From Cyanophora paradoxa CCMP329 (Eukaryota; Plantae; Glaucophyta): a stretch of 64,000 nt of DNA. Location: assembly GCA_004431415.1 (NCBI GenBank), contig QPMI01000432.1, positions 372,001-436,000 on the forward strand, given 5' to 3'. The notes under the pieces were generated by a model that did no database searches, was not told the origin of the DNA, and saw only the letters and a program-made list of their open reading frames with translations. Below, piece by piece: positions 48,453 to 61,737 of the stretch (position 1 is its first letter; every line of letters begins with the position of its first letter). Both the position numbers and the translations under genes were made by a program.

Positions 48453-51400
48453 ATGTGGTTGCCGAGCGCAGCGCATGGGCAGCGCCCGCCGCCGTCTCCC
48501 TCGTCTTCGGCGAGCCCCGCCGCGCCGAAGACGACCGAAGCCCCGGGGCGCATCAGGCCGAAGACGGCGGGGGCGCTGCGGCGGAGCCTCTCGGGCCCCA
48601 AGGTCTCGGACGACGCGCTCTCCTCCCAGCTGGAGCCGCACACGACGGACTTCCACATGGTGCGGAACGCCCACCAGCGCATCGTCGTCAGCAAGAAGCG
48701 CTGCCCGGTGCGCCTCCCCGCTCCGAAGGGAAGCGCTCCCCGCTCGTTCCGAGCGCGGCCTCGGCGGCAGGTGCACCTCCAGTTCGCGAACCTCTTCCGG
48801 AAGCGCTTCGAGGGCATCAAGAGCCTCGTGACGCGCAAGGGCAAGATCCGGCACCTCGACCCCCTCGGTGCGTGCAATTTGATCCGGCGGCCGCCGCGGG
48901 GCGGCGCGCGGCGCGTGGCCGCTGGGCGCCCCTCTCGCCTGACGGGCGGCGGCAGCGGCGCTCAACGAGGCGCAGGAATACTGCGTTCTCTTCGCGGAGG
49001 CCGCCGGCACTGTGCGGCCTGTACCCCGGCCCCCGCCCCCGCCCGCCCTCCCGCCCGCCCGCCTCACGCCCGGGCCCCGCCCGCAGCTCTCCATCCACTG
49101 GTGCGGGGGGCAGAGCCGTGGCCCCTGGGCATAGCCACCACAGCTAGACTCGCCTCGGGCTCCGGACCTCTGACCGCGCGCCCTCCTCGCCCCCGCCCCC
49201 GCCCCGGCGCAGCGGGGACATCGCGGACGTGGTCGCAGTGCTCTGGCAGCGCCTCATCGACCTCCTCGAGGTGCTCTCGCAGAGCTTCCTGAAGCATTCG
49301 CCGCTCTGAAGCGCGCCCCTCGCGCCGCCAGGTCGCCGCGACCTCCCTCGCCGACGAGCGCGAGTCCCGTGCGTCTAATTCGAAGCCTTCTCTCCTTCCC
49401 GCGCCTTCGCCCACCGCCTCGGCCCGCGGGCAGTGCGGGGGCGGGTGGCGGAGGCGCACAAGGCGGTCCTCAAGGAGCTCAAGGAGCAGGAGACCCTGCG
49501 CGCCTCCTGCCGCCAGTGCGCCCCGCCCCGTCCCCGCACCCGCCCCGCTCCGCCCCGCCAGCGAGGGCGTGCGCCCCTGCCCCCGGCTCCTAGCGCCTCC
49601 CTTCGCCTAGCCCTCGGTCTAAATGCTGCAGCCGAGGGCGGAAAGCCGACCTCCCCCCGCAGGCTGCAGGAGCAGCTGCGGATGCTGGACGAGGGGGCGC
49701 GGGTGCGGCAGGAGGAGGTGCGGCGCATGGCGGAGGAGGAGAAGCGGCGCGCCCGCTCCCTCCAGCAGGCCCGCGACGCCGCCGCCGCCGCCCAGCGCCG
49801 CGTGCGCCCGCGTACCCCTCCTCCCTCCCGCCCCCTCCGCCTCCTCCTTTCGATCTGGATGGAGCAGGAGGGCCGGCTGCTGGGGACGCTGGGGGCCCAG
49901 CAGGCCCTCATCGTCAAGCTGCGCGCCGTCATCGACGAAGCGGGTGCCCACGCCACGCCACGCCACGCCGCGCCCTCCACCCCATCTTCTTCGAGGCTCT
50001 TTTAACGCCCACCCCTCCTCAGGCGTGAGCACGGAGGCGCTGGGGCCGATCGCGGCGCTGATGGGCCCCCTGGGGGCCGGGGATCACTCTGAGGGGGAGG
50101 AGGGGGAGGGCGCCGCCCCGCCCCGCTCCCCCGCCGCCGTCGCCGCTGAAGGTGCTTGCCTGCTCTTTCTTTGGCTCTCTTCGGATCCGGGGCGACTACT
50201 CGTGTGCGGCACCGCGGCCCAATGCGGTCCCTCGCGGGGGGGGGAGCCGCGACCGCACGCACGCTGCGCTCTCGGCCGTCCCTCACGCTCACTCGTTCAC
50301 CCGCTCGCTGGGTGTGGGCAGAGCACGCGGCGATGCGGCGGAGCGCGACCGAGCTCGAGGGCCTCCTCTCCCGCATGGCCAAAGGTCCGCCCGGGACCCC
50401 GTCCCCGCCCGGGACGTCGACCCCGCCCCTTCCTGGGGCTCTAAGCTCTGCGCTTCTGCTGATCGGAAGAGCAGAGCGGAAGGCGCGGGCGAAGGTGCTG
50501 GCGCGGGCGGGGGACCTGGTCAGCGCCACCGCCGCCATCGAGGTGAGGGGGATCGCGCTGCCCGGGGCAGAGACCGGGCGAGCCAGCTAAGCCTAGGCGA
50601 CGCATAAGCCCCGGCCTTCCTTCTGTACCTTCTTCGTTCTGAGGCGGGGGCGGGGCGGCAGGCGGGGATCGCGCGGGAGGCGCGGGCGCGGACGCGGGCG
50701 GAGCTCTCGCACGCGGCCGCCGACGTCGTCCTCGAGCGCGCCCGCCGCCACCTCTTCGCCGAGGGAGGGGCGGGGGCCGGGGCCGGGGCGGAGGCCGGGC
50801 GGTGCGCGCCGCCCCCGGGCCGTCCGTCCGAGATGTTTCCGAGGGGAGGAGGAGGGGGAGGGGGCGGGCTCCTCCCGCCGGGGTACCGCGTCGACCCGCG
50901 CCTCATGTTCGACATGCCCCGACGGAGGCCGAGGCGGAGGCGGCAGCGGCGGCCGCGGGTCCGCCCGAGGGCGGCGGCGGCGGGCCGCCGGGCGGCCCAG
51001 CTGCGGGTGCCCCAGGCGCACTTCCTCCGTCTCCGTCTCCGTCTCCGTCTCCGTCTCCGGCGCCGGGGCCGGCGGGGGCGGGGCGGGGCGGCCGCGCCAG
51101 CCAAGTCTTGGCGCTACTGGAAGCCCGCGGCGCGCCTCCGGCGGGCGGCCGGCGCCGCCGCCGGGCGCGGTCCCGTGCGCTCCCCTAGTCCTAGTCCTAG
51201 GCCTAAGCCTGCCCTGCTCCCCCTCTGATCCGCTGCAGCTGCGGGAGGTACCCGGGGAGCTGGGCGAGTGGACGCCCCGGGGTACGCGGCGGGCTGGCGA
51301 GCCGGCCCGCGCGCCCTCCGAGGAGCCCCTCGTCGTGGGCGGGCCGGGGGGGTACGACGAGGATGAGGAGGAGGAGGAGGACGCGGTGAGCGATGCGTTC

Positions 51401-54400
51401 CTGCGGGCCCCCGCCCGCTCCGGTGCGTTCTTCCCTCCCCTTCCCCCCCCCCCCCCCCCCCCGCCCCCCCCCCCTCCCCCTTCTGCTCGGCCTGACCTCA
51501 GTCGACTCCAGCGACGCCCTCGAGGGGCGGCGGCTCCCGCCGCGGGAGCGCCGCGACGGGGCCCCTGCACGCCCTCACGGGCACCGCGCCGGCCTCGCTC
51601 GCGCGCGCCGCTTCGCCCTCACCCTCTCCCTCGCGCGGGGGTGGCTCGGGGGCCGGCCTCTCGACCCTCTCGAGCTTCATGCGCGTGCCCAACGCGAGCT
51701 TCAAGGTGGGCAGGAGGGCCGCCCCAGAGACGGGCCGCCCCGCCCTCCTCACCTCGTCTCGCCTCGCCCCCGCCTCAGATGCGCAAGCCGAGCGACAGCG
51801 GCCTCCTCCTCGGCCGCGGGGCCGCCTCGCCCCCAGACGCCGCCCAGCCCCGCCCGCCCCCTCCCAGCTCGTGCGCCGAAGCCGAAAAAGCCGAAACCAC
51901 CGCCCCGCCCCTCTCATCCTCTCACTCCTGCCTGCGGCAGGCCGCACCGGCGGGGCGGGGGCGGCGGAGAGTCGAGCCGCGAGCTGGGCGCCGGCCCGCC
52001 CTCCCCACTGCCCTCGCCCTCTCCCTCGCGCATCGCGCCGCCCTCCCCGCTCCAGTCGTCCCTCCTCAGCCCCGCCGCCGTGCGCCCGTACCGCGCCCCC
52101 TCCCCTCCCGCCCCTCCCTCTCTCCCTCACTTGCTCGCTCGCTCCGCGGCAGGTCCCGCTGCTCTCTTCCTCGGGGCCGCGGCGGATGCAGGCGGGCTCC
52201 CCCGTGGGCGACCCGCAGCAAAGGCACCGCGGGCCCGGAGCCGCCGCTGCGGCGCCGCTGAACGCGGGGGCCGCCTGGTGGGACGAGGGGGGAGGCCCCG
52301 GCGGGGACGGGGGCGGGAGCGACTGGGGCTCTCAGGCAGGCTCGGATGGCGGCGGGGGCGGGGGCGGGGGCGGGGCGTGGGGCGGCCCGGCCCCCCTGGA
52401 CCTCTCCCTCGAAGCTCTGGACGAGTGGGAGGCCCGACGCCCCGCCCCGCACCTGCACCCGCACGCCCACGCGCACGTACCCCCCCAAGAAGGGGAGGGC
52501 TCCGAAGAAGAAGAAGGCGACTCCGACAGCGACCGTGCGTGCCCCTGCCCCCCCTCCTCTCCCACTCCTTCCTCACTCACCCCCGGGCAGGGGCCGACGT
52601 CGTGCGGGGGGCGGTGGAGGCGGCGGCGGCGCGGGCGCCCCTGCCCGGCCTCGACGCCACGCTCCGCCTCTGCACGCGCGCCCTGATCGCCATGGCCGCC
52701 GAGGGGCCCGCCCCCCGCGCCTTCTGGGAGGAGAGAGGGGTAGGCGAGGCGGCCCTGGGGAGCGGGGCGCCCCCGGGTATGGCCGCGTTCCTCGTGGACT
52801 TCTTCGTACCCCTCTGGGGCACCCTCGGGGCGGCCCGGGAGCGGGCGCTCGAGCTGCTCTCTGCGGCGCGGCGCTGGGCGGGGGCGCACCCCCGCATCGC
52901 CGCCTTCGCGCTCCTCGCCGGGGTCGACCCCGCTCGGTGCCCTTTTCCCCTTCTTCCTCCTCCTTCTGCTCCTCCTCGCCTCCTCAAGCTCTCTCTTCTT
53001 CTTCTTCGTTCGCAGGCGGCCGGCCCCGGGCCCCGAGGCCCTTGCCGCGTACCTGTGCGTACCCCTCCCCAATTCTCCCCCTCCCCCTCTCCGCCCTTGA
53101 GCTTACAACTCCCCCCCCCCCTCCCCCCCGCTCGCAGGGCGGCCCTGCCGGCCCTCATCGAGCCCTACAGCAACCCGCTCCGCCCGCCCGCCCCTGCCGC
53201 CGCCTCCGCCCCCACCGGCGCGCGGACCGCCGCGGGCCCCGCTCCCGTGCGCCCCGCCCCTCTTCGCCGACGAGCCGTGACTCACGCGCGGCTTCCAGGT
53301 ACCCCTCGAGGACGCGGAGGACCTGTGGGGCCGCATCTTCCCCCCCGGCTCCGGCCTCGTGCGATACCCCCCTTTCCTTTCCCATACCCCTACTCTTCGG
53401 ACCTTAACGCGCCGCAGACGCTCCGGGGCGCCTGGCGCACGCGCGGGCGGCGGCCGCGCCCCGGCGCGAGTCGCGGAGCCCGTCGATCCTCGCCCCGCGC
53501 TGCCGGCCTCGCCGCCGCACCACCCGCCCTCCGGGGCCCTCGGCGTCCCCCCTCCCCCACGGGCACGGGTACAGGCGAGGAGGAGGTGGGCGTGGACGCG
53601 CTGCTCGAGGCGGTCGTGGCCGAGGCGGCGGAGCGGGCGGCCGGCGCCCGCCGCCGCCTCGCCGCTGCCTTCGAGGAGGGCCCGGAGGCCCCGCAGGACG
53701 GGTACGGCGATTTCGCGGCGCGGCTGCGGAGCGCCGCCCGCGGCTGCCGGAGACGCGCGCCGCCGCCCTCTACCGCGCGGCCCTCGCGCGCACCTCCTCC
53801 GATCGCGACGATCGCGACGATCGCGAGCCGGGGTACGGGGTCCACCCCGAGCGGCCGCACCCGGCCGCCTGCGCCGCCGCCGTCCTCGCCGCCGCCCCCC
53901 TCGAGCCCTTCTTGGCCCCCGAGGTCCTCCTCCCCCCGACCGGCCCCCTCCGCCCTTCTTCCCCCGCCCCCGCCCCCGCCTCGCCCGCCGCCTGGCGCCC
54001 CGGCCGCCTCCGCCCCGCCGCCGACTCCCCCGCCTTCGACGTGGTGCGCCGTACCCCCCTCGGAGCGCCGTACCCCCTGCCGGGAGCGAGCCGTACCCCC
54101 GCAGGGCTGGAGCGTGCCGCTGGAGGACGGACTCTCGCGAATCCTCTACCCGTGCCTCGACGCCGCGTGCGCCCCCAACGTCCCTCTGGCTTAAGCTTAG
54201 GCTTCTTCTTTCTTTCGGTCGCTCACGCTTCGAAGGCTGCGGGCGATGGTCGGGGGCCGCGGGGCGGCGCAGCGGGGCCCCGCGCTGGAGGAGGCGCGGG
54301 GCCGGCTGCAGAGGGCGCTCGAGGAGGGGCGCTGCGAGCTGGCGGCCCTGTACGCCCGCGAGCTCGCCCGCGAGCTCGAGCTCGGGGCGGGGCGGCCCGC

Positions 54401-54425
54401 CGCCGGCCCCGGCGCCCCGCCCTGA
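48453..54425 (+). CDS. Large hypothetical coiled-coil / low-complexity protein (many exons; may be more than one gene)
   Basis: Chain of codon-biased exons (HLQFANLFRKRFEGIK, LQEQLRMLDEGARVRQEE, ERALELLSAARRWAGAHPRIAAFALLAG) with C-rich introns; no family confidently recognised. Confidence 0.5.
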
Positions 54426-55203
54426 CAGCGCTAGCGCTGAAGCGTTCCCGTCAACGCGATATGATGAACGAGATTGGACTTGGGCTCACTTAGCTACTCA
54501 TGATCAGTGACTTCGAACTCTGATGCTCCATTGGCCATGGAGGGTTGCCACTGCTTGCCAGCACTAGATGCCAGGCTGCAGGCTGGCCTGCTAGGCTGGG
54601 CTCCTAATTGAGTCGGAACGTCGAATCCGGGGGTTGCAAGTTGATCACATCACTCAATGAATGAGTGAATTCGAATCAGTGAATTCGAGTCCTGCCCGGG
54701 ACCGACCGTCGGACGCCCTTAAGCTGTCACCCCGAGTCTGATTTATCGATGCTGGCCGACTCGACCACTGGACTTCGAATTCAAGATCTCGATCTTGCAA
54801 GCCACGGGGGCCGCCTCATGATCAGGACTTTCAATCGGTCCCCAATGGGCCCCCAATTAACACGTGCGCACGTACGCACGTACGTAACTCTAGATCTCCC
54901 TCCTTTCCGCCCTAAGCTCTCTCTGGTATCCATTTTTCCTGAAAAGGGCATCCAAAAATGATTCCGAAGCCCCATTAATATTCTTTGCATGCATCCCACG
55001 CGCTGAGAGTATATTGCATGCTTTGCGCCCCCTGGGCGGCGGCTACATAACCGTGCAAGCCTTGGAGCCCGAGGGCGCCGGTCGAGGAATCGAGGGAGCG
55101 GTGATCATGACGGGCACGGGGGCGCGCGGGGGTGCACGTGCACCCCGGGCCGCCTCGCTCGCTCTCCGCTCCCGGACCCGGGCCTCCAGCTGGGGGATGC
55201 GGG

Positions 55204-58200
55204 TCAGGCCGCCGGCGCGGGTCGAATGTCATGATCACGGGGCGGGCGCGCCTGCTCATTCCGCCGCCTCCTCTCCGCGAGGTCGTGCTCCAGATCCAGC
55301 TGTTCGTCTTCGGAGGGGCTTCGGGCCGCCTCCGCAGGCGCGGCCACCGACGGGGGCGGGGGCGGCGCCGCGCCGGCCGCGAGGCCCGGGACCGAGGCAA
55401 AGAGCCGATCGAGGTTCTGCGGCTCAATTGACTCGCGGCAGGTCCCTTGTCGGACGGACCCCGGGTGGGGGGGTGGGGGGTGGGGGGGGGTGGGGGTGGG
55501 GGGGTGGGGGTGGGGGGGGGGGGGGGGGGGCCGGGGTCGCACGGCGAGAAGGGCCACGTTTCCGGCCGTGACGAAAGAGAAGGGTACGGACCCGCGGGGC
55601 AGGTCCTCGGGGGCCTGGGGGTACAGGGATCGTGGCGGAAGGGCGGAGGTGCGCAGGGACGGCGCACGGGGAACTCGGAGGGAAGGATGGGGAGGATGGG
55701 GCGCTTGTTGAGCTCGACGAGCTGCAGGGAGCAGCGTGGGGGGGCGGCGCGGGGGCGAGGCGAGAAGGGGGGTACGGGTACCTGGACGCGGTCCCGGAGG
55801 AGGGGGTCCCCGATGGAGTCGGGCGAGAGGAGGGGCAGGAAGGCGGCGCAGCGGACCTGCACGCGGGCCGGGGCTAGCGAAGGGCGCGCGAAGGAGCGGG
55901 AGGGGCCTCGTCCGCACCGCCGCGCGGGCGCCAAGGTCGGAGGGTCCGGGGCCGGCGGGGGCGTCTTGCATTTGGGAGTGGGCCCCCTGCGCCCGCTCAG
56001 CGGCGGTCGCCCGGGCGGTGCGGCGCGGAGGGGGGGATACCGAGCACTCGGTCCAGCAGCGCACGCGGCGCCGGGAGAGGGCGCGCACGACGCGCGCGGC
56101 GGCCGCCGCGTCCTGCGGCGGGTCGATGGGGCCGGGTGGAAGCAGAGGGCGGGCGCGGGCGCCGAGGCTCGGACCGCAGCGCAGCACCAGAGGAAGACGA
56201 AGGGCCCCTCCGCGTCGGAGTCCACGTCGCACCTGGGCGCGGCCTCGGCGGCTGCTCGCGGGGCCGGCGGGATTCGAACCGGGACTCGGGGAGGGCGGCC
56301 AGCTGCTCGGCGGCGGCGGAGGCGGCGGCGCCGCCGCCCGAGGCCGCAACTCCCACCTGCGGCGAGTTGGGAGGGGGCGGCGAGGGGCTGGGGCCAGCCG
56401 GCGCGGGCCTTCTGAGCCACTGTGAGGGCGAAGGCGGGGAGGCCAGAGGCGAGCAGCTCGGGGGTCGAGAAGTCAGCTGCACTCGGTAAGCTTGGCACGA
56501 ATGTGAGGCGCGCGGCCGGAGGCCCGGGGGTACACGCACCGAACTGTTGCTTGAGGAGGAACCCCTGCGCATGCGCGGGCTCGCGTGAGGGCAGCTCGGG
56601 CCGCGCGGAGAGGCGCCAGCGCGCGCCTGAAGCTCGTCATCCAGCTCCGCGCGCTCGCGCCAGACAGGCAGCAAGACCCTGCGCATGCGCGCCCTAGGCC
56701 TCAGCACGGGCCGGCTTGAGGCGGCGGCGCCGGCGCACCTCCCGAGGGCGCGGGCGGCCGAGAGCTCCGATCGGCAGCGCTCCGACGAGCACGAGGCTCG
56801 TGACGCGACGAACACCACCGCGCCGACGCGCTTGAGGTGCTCGGATCCGGACGGCTGCCGCAGAGAAGCGCGTGAGCATGAGCAGGCCGCGGCGGGTTAG
56901 AGGAGGGGTACGTATACGTCTCACCGCAGCGTTCCCCGTCTCCCCCTCGGATCCCCTCATCAGGCACTGCCGGCGCTCCTCTGGGTACGGCCGGCCAAGA
57001 GGGAAGAGGAGGGGTACCGTGACGTGGGCGGCCTCGAGCCCGTCGCGGAGCTTCGCGGCGAACTCGGCCTCCCCCCCCGCATCCCCGTGGCTGGCCCCCT
57101 CTCAAGGACGGAACGGCTGCTCCGAAAGGACGGAAGGGCACCAGATGTAAGTGTCGCGGAAGCCCGAGGCGCGCTTGAGGGCGGCCCGAAAGGCCACGTC
57201 GCGGTGTGCCTGAAGGACAGTTCGGCGGGCGGTCCCCTCGCCAACCCATCGGCCCGCGTCCGCCCCTGCGGAAGCGGCTGCAGGCGGCAACGGATGAACA
57301 CAGACAGCCAGTACACGGCGTACCCCTGGCGATGAGGGCCGCGCAGGCGTCGAGCATCTCTGGGCCGAAGGCGACGGCGTGGTAGAGGGGGGTACGGCCC
57401 TCTGCGTCCGCCTCGCTGCGGGTGCGATTGCTGTGAGCTCGAGGCGGAGAGGGTCGGGTCGGGGCGGGGCGGAGGGGAGGGCACTCGATGGCGGAGGGCG
57501 GGGCCGAGGCGGCGAATCGCACGGCGGTCAGGCGGAGGCCGAGGCGGCACGCCTGCGCGAGCCGGCTCAGGGGCGGCTCCCGCCTACGAAACTCGACGCG
57601 ACGGCGCCAGGGGAAAGGGATCATATGACTCGCCTCGCGCAGGGGGAACGCCTCATCGACGGGCCCGGGGTCGCCCTCGTCGTCGGCGCCAGCGTCCTTG
57701 CGACCTTGCACCCGTCTCTGCATGAGGAAGAGGGCCTCCGCCGCTTGGTAGAGTTCTGAGACGGGGCTCTGGAGGTTGCCCGTCGCATTCGCGGGCTGGA
57801 GCATGCTCGAGAACCGAACGTCGACGCCCTCGCTCAAGGCGAGGTCCAGGCACAGTCTGCAGAAGCAGGTGCACATGTCAGGAAGGGAAATTAAAGACTG
57901 CGCCCGCGAATTAGAAGCGGATCGCACCTGAAGTACTGCAGGAGGGCAGTCGACGTCGGGCTCTTCATGGCATCCATGTAAGCGAAGTTCACCGTCGTCT
58001 GGACCCTGCACCAGCCTCATGATCAGGAGCCCCCCAAGGCCCTCCTAAACCCTAGGGCCTGCAGCGCACGTTTTCTTCCTTTCTTCCCGCTTGTTTTCCT
58101 GGATGTCTTTTGGGACGGGGTCTAGCCCCCTTCGCGCGCTGGCGTCGAGCTCCCACTGCACCACCCACCTGCCGGCGCGTCAGCATGCGCAGAAGGGATT

Positions 58201-61200
58201 ATGGCCCCAGTGGGGAAGGAAGAATTCGAAAGCGGGGACGGACCGCTGAAATTCGAGCGCGCTCACGGCATTCCCCTGCTTTTTTCTTAGAGCGGCTCCC
58301 TCCATCTGCAGTGCGTATGCTTACGGTGTCAGCGATGGAGGGCGTGGCGGGGTACAGGGAAGCACGTGATGTAGAATCAATCCGCCCTCAAGCACCGCAT
58401 CGCCCGCAAGGTCTCGCAGCATCTGATGGGGGATTTCGATAAATTTCCCAGCGATGCGAGAAAGTTTGATGACGAATATTTTAGAGCTCGAGCGTTCACG
58501 GGCCGCACCTGCAGTATGGGCTGCGGGCTGGGATCACTGAAGCGGAAATCTTGGAGCATCCCGTTCGCCACTTCCGCCGCCTTGTTTTTGAGTTCGGACA
58601 GCTACGAGCACGTCAGATCTAGAGCCCGCGCGCTTGCGATAGCTAGACCCGCGGAGCCCTCGAGCTCCCCCGCACCGTCTCTGCAGATGCCCGCTCGAAA
58701 GCGGCCCGCACGACCGGCTCGCTGCGCGATCGCACAGCAGCTTCCAGGGCCCCAGAGTCCACAGTCGCGCCTTTCTCGATGAGGAGCAGCGCCAGAGGGA
58801 GGCCCAAAGGCGATTCCAGGGCGGCCTGCAGCGCCGCGCGCGCCCTGCTCTCTCTGCCCCCGCGCCCGCGCGACGCCTCGCCATCTTGATCTCCCTTCCC
58901 TTCGTCGGGCAGCGCGCCCGCGTCCAGCAGAATGCGGGCCATTTCTATCGCCCTGCGCCGGGGGCCGCGCTCGAAGTGGTCCCGGAGCCCATCGAAAGCG
59001 AAAACAGAGAGCGCGCACTCGCGATCGTGACCGTCCGCCACCGGTACCCCTTCGGGAGGTTTGCCCCCGGACCTGGCACGACCGCTCGCACCGAATCGCA
59101 GAAGGCTCCGGCGCGCAGAAACGAGCTGTCGCACCGGCCGGCCCTCTCCTGCCCCCAGCCGCGTGGGAGGCACATTGCCGCCGCGAAAAGAGGCACGTCT
59201 TCAAGCCTAGGAGCCTTGGCGCCTTGGAGGGAAAAAGAGGGGCATGCGCCGAGCTCGAGGGCCATCCTGCAGCAAGGTGAATTTCGAAAGCCATCACACA
59301 CGTGGAAGAGAGACGAAAGCACTTGAGAAACGGAATGTTGCGGCTAGAGACGGCCTTCGATATCGCGGCAGTTGTGTCGGCGTTCTTTGGCACGGCGTTC
59401 CCCGACTCCTTCAGCACTCTGCAAGAGTATGAATACGCGGGACAGCCTTTTTAGCTTAAAAACGGGAGATCTAGAGGCTTTGAGGCACCGCAAAAAGGTG
59501 GTCCCCTCTTCGCCACTGGTAGCCGCACGCGAAAAACAACTCTCCGTCGGGTCACGGCTGCGTGCCTGCACCGGGGCGTTGGTGGCGTCAAAGGCGTCCG
59601 CGCCAGCCGCCAGCAGCAGCCTCGCGGCCGACTCGACAAAGGACGGCCCGTCCGCCGCGCCGGCGCTTGATCGCGAGCTCCTGGCCAGGGTCTGGTAGAG
59701 GCAGCTCTGCCTGTCGCTCCCCTTGGCGTTCACAGCCTCCGCCAGCTTCGCCGAGGGGACTTTGTCCAGCAGAGCCCGCAGAAGGGGCAGGTCTCCGCGC
59801 AGGACGGCCGTGTGCAGAGCGGAGCGACCTACGACTTGGTTGCGCGACTCCCACGCCACCGCGATTGGATTCGTGGGGTCGGCCCCCAGCGCGAGGAGCG
59901 CGCGGGCCGACGCCAGCGCTGTGGCAGCTGTGCTGGAGGCCGCCAGGCCCAATGCCGAGCTGTGCGAGAAACGGCCCGTGCCGGGCGGATCCGCTGGACG
60001 TCGACGCTCCGGCTGTGCTCCGCGACGCACCAGCAGACGGACGAGCGGCGCCGATCCAACAAGTGCAGCAAACTCGAGAGCAGAGGGTCCCGCCTTGGCT
60101 TGCATCTCTCGCTCCTCCCGTCCCCCGTTCTTGCCGCCTTGCATCCCGCCTTCCACCTTGACCGCCGTCTGCTTGTCCTCCGGACCTAGCTCAGGATCCG
60201 GAGAAGCACCCAGGGCGACAAGGTGGGAGGAGTTTGCATCGGTTGTATGCACAGCACAATCGGAGCACGCCTCGCGCGGATCTGCCCCAGCATCGAGCAG
60301 CAGGGCTGCGCATCCGTAGTCGCCGGCTGCGCACGCTGCCACTAGCGGAGTTGTGGTAAACAGATGAGGGTTGCGACCAGGGCCAGGGCCGGGTTCCGAG
60401 ATGCCGGCGACTCGGGCCGACGCGCGTGCACCCCGTTCTAGCAGAAGGCTGCTTGCGAGCTGAGTGTCGGTTTAAGGTAAGCTGCTCGTCGGAGCATCGC
60501 ACCGGACGCAGTTGGCTGAGGCTGCGCGGGCCGCGAGGGCGAGGCAGATGTCCAAAAAGCCGGCGGGTGGTGCCGGGCACCAGTCGAGCAGCAACGTCTG
60601 CAAAAAGCTTCGTGAGAAAAGTGAAAAAAAGAGAGGGAAAGGAGGAGAGGGCGGGGAAGGGGGTCGACGGTTAAGGAATAGAATCCGAAATTTATGGGGA
60701 AGCAGGAACCAGGAGAATGGGGTCTCCCTGGGCGGCCGCGATCTCGAGCGGGCTGCCGAGCTCCCCGCGTCGGGCTTCGGGGGGGGAGGGGCAGCGCTCC
60801 AGGAGCAGCTTTGCGATGGCAGCACGCCCCTCCATCACGGCGAGCTGCAGTGCCGAGCACTGCGCGAAGCGGCCCTGCAAAGAGAGAGATCGCAGCCGTC
60901 AGACCGGCCACGGGTTTCGCGCTCTAAAACAGGCAGCTTGCCCGCAAATCCGCGCCGTCGCAACCCTGGCGTTGCAGTTGGCGGGCAGTCCGCCAGCGGT
61001 CAGGTGCCGTTCTACGCATGTGTGCTGCTTATAATTACCCGATCGAGAAGAAGAGAGACCACCTCCGCGCTGCCGGCTGCTGCCGCCGCCTCCAGCGCGC
61101 GCACTGCCACCTGCACAGGGATTCATTGCAATCGGAAGGGGAGGGGGCCATAAGCATGAACTGCAAGAGCGAGCCTCCTTCTCTCGTGCGCTTTTGAGCG

Positions 61201-61670
61201 GGACGTGGAGGAATCCTGGAATCGGTGCGCTCGCTTTGTCGGTGGTCGTGGGGTCCTTCTCGAAACGCTCGAAGTCGTCGTCCCAGAGCCTCGGCGCGGC
61301 CCGGCGGAGGTCGATCTTCGCCGCGCAGGGCGTGTCGAGCTTCGCGCCAGCGTCCAGAAGCTCCATCACGACCTCGACGTGGCCGCCCCCGGCGGCCGCA
61401 TAGAGCGCAGTCCTGCAGTCGGATGCTGCGTCGACCCTTGCGCCAGCCCTTAGCAGGAATCTGCGGGGCCACTGATCATGAGACATGTAAATGCGAAACG
61501 TCCGCCGTGCGATCAACTGACTGCACGGAGGCCGTGTCACCCCTCTCAGCGGCGTGCAAGAGCGGGGGTGATCCATTCCAGGGCCAAGTGGCGGCGTTGC
61601 GGGCGGCGGGTACGCCCCTCTCCTCGAGAAACCTGAGCGGGGTGTCGGCTGGCGGATTCACGGTGGTGCA

Positions 61671-61737
<67 letters not shown>

